A stretch of DNA of 63,947 nt, filler included, from Candidatus Hydrogenedentota bacterium (GTDB lineage Bacteria > JBFMHD01), in NCBI GenBank assembly GCA_040752395.1. It is 14 parts of 14 records of this genome, joined end to end, with 100 filler letters (N's around TTAATTAATTAA, not from the genome) between each part and the next. Parts side by side here need not be neighbours in the genome. Positions count along the whole stretch, not along the records: positions 58,472 to 61,914 come from JBFMHD010000260.1; positions 62,015 to 63,947 come from JBFMHD010000321.1; 12 more parts are not named here. One strand, 5' to 3'. Every line of letters starts with the position of its first letter. The stretch's first letter is position 1. A model generated the notes under the pieces. That model was not told the DNA's origin, made no database searches, and was given only the letters and a program-made list of their open reading frames with translations. Below, one piece after another: positions 60,178 to 63,947 of this stretch. A program made the translations under genes and the position numbers.

Positions 60178-61555
60178 CGTTTTCATATCTTTGCCATTCT
60201 AATTTCAAAATTTCCGTGGTATTGTTATCTATTTTCACTCTCTCGTCAAGCCTTAAACCGCAAACCCAGATTATCTTTTCACCATCAACCACAAGAGGTA
60301 TTTTTCTTCTTTTTCTTATGGGTATCTTCTCATCAATAAAAAACTTTTTTATTTTTTTAGTCTTCCCTTCTAATCCCAACGGACAGAATTTATCACCCTG
60401 CCTTTTATATCTTATATATAAATTCCCATTTATCTTATTCCTGTCAATATAAGCTACATTTTTATCAACATCAGTAAAATCAACAAACCTACCCTCCACT
60501 TTTTCAATTTTTATAATGCTACCATCCTTTAGTGATACAGGATTAACCAAATCAAGCAGAATTGTTGATTCTGTTATTTCATCAATTTTTTCTATTTTTT
60601 TAAATTTTAAACAATTATCTTCAATTACAAATAAATAATTTACTCCAACCCTGATCTCGCCCTTTTGATTATTTATTATTTCCCATAGCAGACCCAATTT
60701 TTTTTTAGAAACAGATATTTCTCTTTGCTCCAAATATTTTTTTATAAAACTGGTTATAATCACTTTGTTATGGTTTAAGGATATCAGTGGTATCTCTTCT
60801 TTATTCAGATATTCCTCAATCTTTGTATCTTTCAAGAGTTCATCAATTAAACCAGTAAATCCCTCTGCTAACTCTGTTATGTCTTTTATGCTTTGCTCTA
60901 CTCTTCTTCTCCCAAAAATTTTATTTAATAGAGGGATAAGTTCGTTTCTGATTTTATTTCTGGTATAAATTGAGTCAAAATTAGTTTCATCCTCTCTGTA
61001 TTTCAAATTATTTTTATTTAAAAACTCCAGTAGCCTTGATTTCGATATAGTGAGCATGGGTCTGATAAGCAGGAGCCCATCCTTTCTTTTTGTAACAAAT
61101 TGGATCCCTTTTAATCCTGTTATCCCGCTACCGCGAAACATTTTAAAAATTACTGTTTCAACACAATCATCAAAATGGTGAGCAAGAACCACCTTATAGA
61201 TACCTGTTTGTTCTTTAATCTTGTTATATACTTGAAACCTTATCTCTCTTGCTTGTGTCTGTATTCTGGCTCTGTTAACATTGACTTTTTCAACAAACAA
61301 ATCAACCCCCATATCTTTACATAAATCTATACAGAACTTTTCATCAAGATTAGAATTTTCTCCTCTTAACTGATAATTTATATGCACTACGAATAACTTA
61401 ATGTTATATCTTTTTTCAATAAACTTTAACAGGTACAAAAGAGCAACTGAATCTGGTCCTGCACTTAAAGAAACAAGTATTTTGTCATTATCATCAAAAA
61501 GTCTATATTTTCTAACTATCGATATAAATTCTGTTATAATACCGGGATATCCCAA
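60164..61555 (-). CDS. tilS: tRNA(Ile)-lysidine synthetase
   Basis: SAGPDS, AHHFDD..ET, IRPML, DETN and RNKIR, plus the C-terminal TilS_C domain. Confidence 0.93.
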   Translation of the reverse strand: MGYPGIITEFISIVRKYRLFDDNDKILVSLSAGPDSVALLYLLKFIEKRYNIKLFVVHINYQLRGENSNLDEKFCIDLCKDMGVDLFVEKVNVNRARIQTQAREIRFQVYNKIKEQTGIYKVVLAHHFDDCVETVIFKMFRGSGITGLKGIQFVTKRKDGLLLIRPMLTISKSRLLEFLNKNNLKYREDETNFDSIYTRNKIRNELIPLLNKIFGRRRVEQSIKDITELAEGFTGLIDELLKDTKIEEYLNKEEIPLISLNHNKVIITSFIKKYLEQREISVSKKKLGLLWEIINNQKGEIRVGVNYLFVIEDNCLKFKKIEKIDEITESTILLDLVNPVSLKDGSIIKIEKVEGRFVDFTDVDKNVAYIDRNKINGNLYIRYKRQGDKFCPLGLEGKTKKIKKFFIDEKIPIRKRRKIPLVVDGEKIIWVCGLRLDERVKIDNNTTEILKLEWQRYENGREF

Positions 61556-61595
61556 GATAATCTACCTGTTAAAGACACTGGTGAGTGTCCTATGA

Positions 61596-61669
61596 CAGCG
61601 GTGGAGGGAGTCGAACCCACGACCTGCGGATTATGATTCCGTCGCTCTAACCAGCTGAGCTACACCGCC
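61596..61669 (-). tRNA. tRNA-Met(CAT), elongator type
   Basis: GGCGGTGTAGCTCAGCTGGTTAGAGC..GGAATCATAATCC..GGTTCGACTCC..CACCGCT. No CCA. Confidence 0.88.
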
Positions 61670-61767
61670 ATATAACGTTGCAAGCATCTTACTGCGTGCC
61701 CGGGACGACCGCAAGGGTCAGCCATTATTCTGAATTCTACATGTTAAATCCCTATCTCTGATTCATT

Positions 61768-61900
61768 GTGGCGGGGGCAGGATTTGGTCACCTCGAATTT
61801 GCTTCCTCGCAAATTCTCCTCGACCCCCTCGGTTTGCTTTCGCTCACTTCCTGTTCGCTTATCCTCGCTATCCGCTCGGCGCAAACCTCGCTTCAAATCC
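61768..61900 (-). other. tRNA 3'-end fragment fused to a GC-rich structured element
   Basis: The minus strand ends CAAATCCTGCCCCCGCCA, resembling the tRNA-fMet 3' end. A GGATTTG...CAAATCC inverted pair encloses nested hairpins. Confidence 0.6.
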
Positions 61901-62014
61901 TTATCCCTAATTCANNNNNNNNNNNNNNNNNNNNNNNNNNNNNNNNNNNNNNNNNNNNTTAATTAATTAANNNNNNNNNNNNNNNNNNNNNNNNNNNNNN
62001 NNNNNNNNNNNNNN

Positions 62015-62213
62015 CTTCTTTAATCTCTCTGACAGCAGTATCATAGGCTGATTCAATAGAATTGGAATCCATCTTACCACCCAGACCTGCATAAAATCCA
62101 GGTAAGACTGCTCGTTTTTCACTTCGTTTCATAAGGAGTACTTTTGTTTTACAGGGAGATAGTACAAATATTTCAACAGCGCCAAGATACCTGAAATTGT
62201 TAAAATCATCCAT
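62015..62213 (-). CDS. NUDIX hydrolase (3' truncated)
   Basis: VLLMKRS and GGK...ES...AVREIKE Nudix box. Confidence 0.8.
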
Positions 62214-62222
62214 ATAATTCAG

Positions 62223-63791
62223 TTAAAAGTGGCGGAAGTGTCGGACACCTGTAAAAGCCATTGCTATCCCGAACTCATTACATTTTTTAATGATTTCAGG
62301 GTCACGTTTTGAGCCGCCTGGCTGAACGATGTATTTAATACTGTACTGATTTGCTATTTCGATTATATCTTCGAATGGGAAAAATGCTTCGCTTATTAAT
62401 ACTGTATCATCAGGTAATCTATCTATATTAAAGAATTTTTTACTGTTATCAAGTGCTTTGGGTATAGCAAGTCGAGATAAAGAATCTATTCTATTAGGCT
62501 GACCTGAGCCCATCCCGAGTTGTATCATACCTTCTTTATCAGGTGTTTTACAAACAAGCGAGACCGAGTTAGATTTAATATTTGCACAACTTATAATACC
62601 AAATCTTACTAATTCCATTAAAGATTCATCAATTTTTTTATCTGTAACAGGCTTTAAATCCTCATCTTTTATCTCATCCATAAGAGTTTCAAGTGCTATG
62701 CCACTGAAACAGTGTATTTCTTTTTTAATATTTTTTAATTTATCTATATCAAGTTTAATAACTCTTAAATTAGCACTTTTTTCTTTTAAGAATGAGAGTG
62801 CTTTTTCATCATAATCTGGTGCAGCGATTACCTCAATGAATTTATTTTTTGTAAGGGTAGCGAGATCAGGGGTGCATTTACGATTCATGGCAACTATGCC
62901 GCCGAATGCACTTTTGCTATCACATTCCCATGCATATTCAAAAGCTTTGCTTAATCCCCTATGGGTGGCAAGTCCGCAAGGATTAGTATGTTTTACAACA
63001 CAAACCGCAGCCTGGTTTATATTAAATAACGGTCTAATTGAAGCATATAAATCAAGATAATTATTATAAGACATTTCTCTGCCGTGCAATATTTCAGCAT
63101 TTTTTAGCGAATAGGAATCGTTAGCCATATTATAAAGCAGTGCTAATTGATGCGGGTTTTCGCCGTATCTTAATTTTTCACCCTCTTCTAAGACTATAAA
63201 ATCACTATTTTTATTATCTAATCTTTCCAATAGCCGTTTCCATATACAGGCATCATAATTCATAGTTGTTTTAAAAGCTTTCAGGGCGAGATATTTCCTT
63301 GTTTCAGGTTTTATATATTTATAACTTACAATCTCGTTTATAATTAAATCATAATCATCGATATCCACAATAACAGCCACGCGCTTATAATTTTTAGCTG
63401 CAGCCCTTATTAAAGCAACACCACCTATATCAATCATTTCTATTAATTCTTCAATTGATGAGTTTTTATCAATTCCTTCAAATGGATAGAGGTTTACGCA
63501 GCAAACATCTATAAAATTAATATTTAATTGATTTAATTGTTTGATATCTTCATCTGTGTCACGGCCAAGAAGCCCGCCATGTATTGCTGGGTGCAAAGTT
63601 TTAACTCTGCCATTTAGTATTTCAGGAAACCCTGTAATTTTTTCAACAGGTATGGCAGGTATATTATTTTGAACGAGATAGTTATACGTGCCACCACTTG
63701 AAATAATTTCAAAATAGGCATTTACAAAAGTTTTAGCCAGTTCAAGAATTTTATCTTTTTTATAAACACTAATCAAAACCCGTTTTTTCAT
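62223..63791 (-). CDS. purH: Bifunctional AICAR transformylase / IMP cyclohydrolase
   Basis: GRVKTLHP, NLYPF, IDIGG..RAAAKN, LRYGENPHQ, KHTNPCG, QPGGSKRD and RHFRH. Confidence 0.97.
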   Translation of the reverse strand: MKKRVLISVYKKDKILELAKTFVNAYFEIISSGGTYNYLVQNNIPAIPVEKITGFPEILNGRVKTLHPAIHGGLLGRDTDEDIKQLNQLNINFIDVCCVNLYPFEGIDKNSSIEELIEMIDIGGVALIRAAAKNYKRVAVIVDIDDYDLIINEIVSYKYIKPETRKYLALKAFKTTMNYDACIWKRLLERLDNKNSDFIVLEEGEKLRYGENPHQLALLYNMANDSYSLKNAEILHGREMSYNNYLDLYASIRPLFNINQAAVCVVKHTNPCGLATHRGLSKAFEYAWECDSKSAFGGIVAMNRKCTPDLATLTKNKFIEVIAAPDYDEKALSFLKEKSANLRVIKLDIDKLKNIKKEIHCFSGIALETLMDEIKDEDLKPVTDKKIDESLMELVRFGIISCANIKSNSVSLVCKTPDKEGMIQLGMGSGQPNRIDSLSRLAIPKALDNSKKFFNIDRLPDDTVLISEAFFPFEDIIEIANQYSIKYIVQPGGSKRDPEIIKKCNEFGIAMAFTGVRHFRHF

Positions 63792-63793
63792 TA

Positions 63794-63946
63794 TTACACT
63801 TCTTACAGCCGTAGTTTCACCGCTTCTACATTGCATAGCAGCTAGCAAACAGCAGAATGGGTTAAGGCACTGCCCCATCCGTCTCTTTGGCAACAAAATT
63901 TACGCTTCTTACGGCCATAGTTCGCTGCCTCTATATGGCATAGCAG
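63794..63946 (-). promoter_or_regulatory. Tandem ~48-nt structured repeat in the purH leader (candidate RNA element)
   Basis: Copies at 63794-63841 and 63900-63946, 39/48 identical, with a covarying stem. Confidence 0.45.
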
Positions 63947-63947
63947 T

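Noticed and set aside
61596-61669. tRNA-Ile2(CAT), suggested by adjacency to tilS
   Set aside because: The GGCGGTG acceptor stem and GGAATCATAATCC arm fit elongator Met. It lacks the C4/C5 acceptor pattern typical of Ile2.
3623-62014. Recurrent TTAATTAATTAA between N runs at about 3.5-kb spacing
   Set aside because: It is an artificial six-frame-stop contig spacer. The spacing reflects contig size ordering, and ORF tails ending XXX-LIN are artefacts.
63811-63829. Xanthine (NMT1) or ZTP riboswitch upstream of purH
   Set aside because: GUAGAAGCG matches only part of NMT1 and the P2 stem is absent. The ZTP hallmarks (GACUG, GCCUGGG) are not seen.

Overview
This is an AT-rich bacterial draft genome, not a continuous locus. 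It is 14 contig pieces joined by 13 artificial 100-nt N/TTAATTAATTAA/N linkers, so gene order is meaningful only within a piece. Most pieces are about 3.4-3.6 kb and one is 18 kb. Coding content is housekeeping and cell-envelope genes: glgE-glgM, ygeW with a ThrC-like gene, a sugar-modification and glycosyltransferase cluster interrupted by a direct-repeat-flanked PIN toxin-antitoxin cassette, pfkA, lipA, tldD-pmbA, rpsB-tsf-pyrH, four tRNAs, recX, hflX, lnt, a two-domain PPK2, tilS and purH. The most striking signal is non-coding. More than 20 loci carry a combinatorial repeat system built from a small set of 7-8-mer array modules, several of them hairpin-like. The modules are chained in different orders. 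Optional modules are flanked by 12-17-bp direct repeats, and one module is inverted in place. Chains preferentially abut GGAG, usually a Shine-Dalgarno but once the first four bases of tRNA-Tyr. Modules have also entered coding sequence (a signal peptide, a TldD linker and stop codons). No recombinase or transposase gene is visible in the window. Other candidates are a tandem covarying RNA-like motif upstream of purH, a catalytically degenerate carboxyltransferase fused to an AccB-type biotin carrier, and a CBM-repeat protein with a probable beta-barrel. All family assignments come from motif recognition by eye; no database searches were run.
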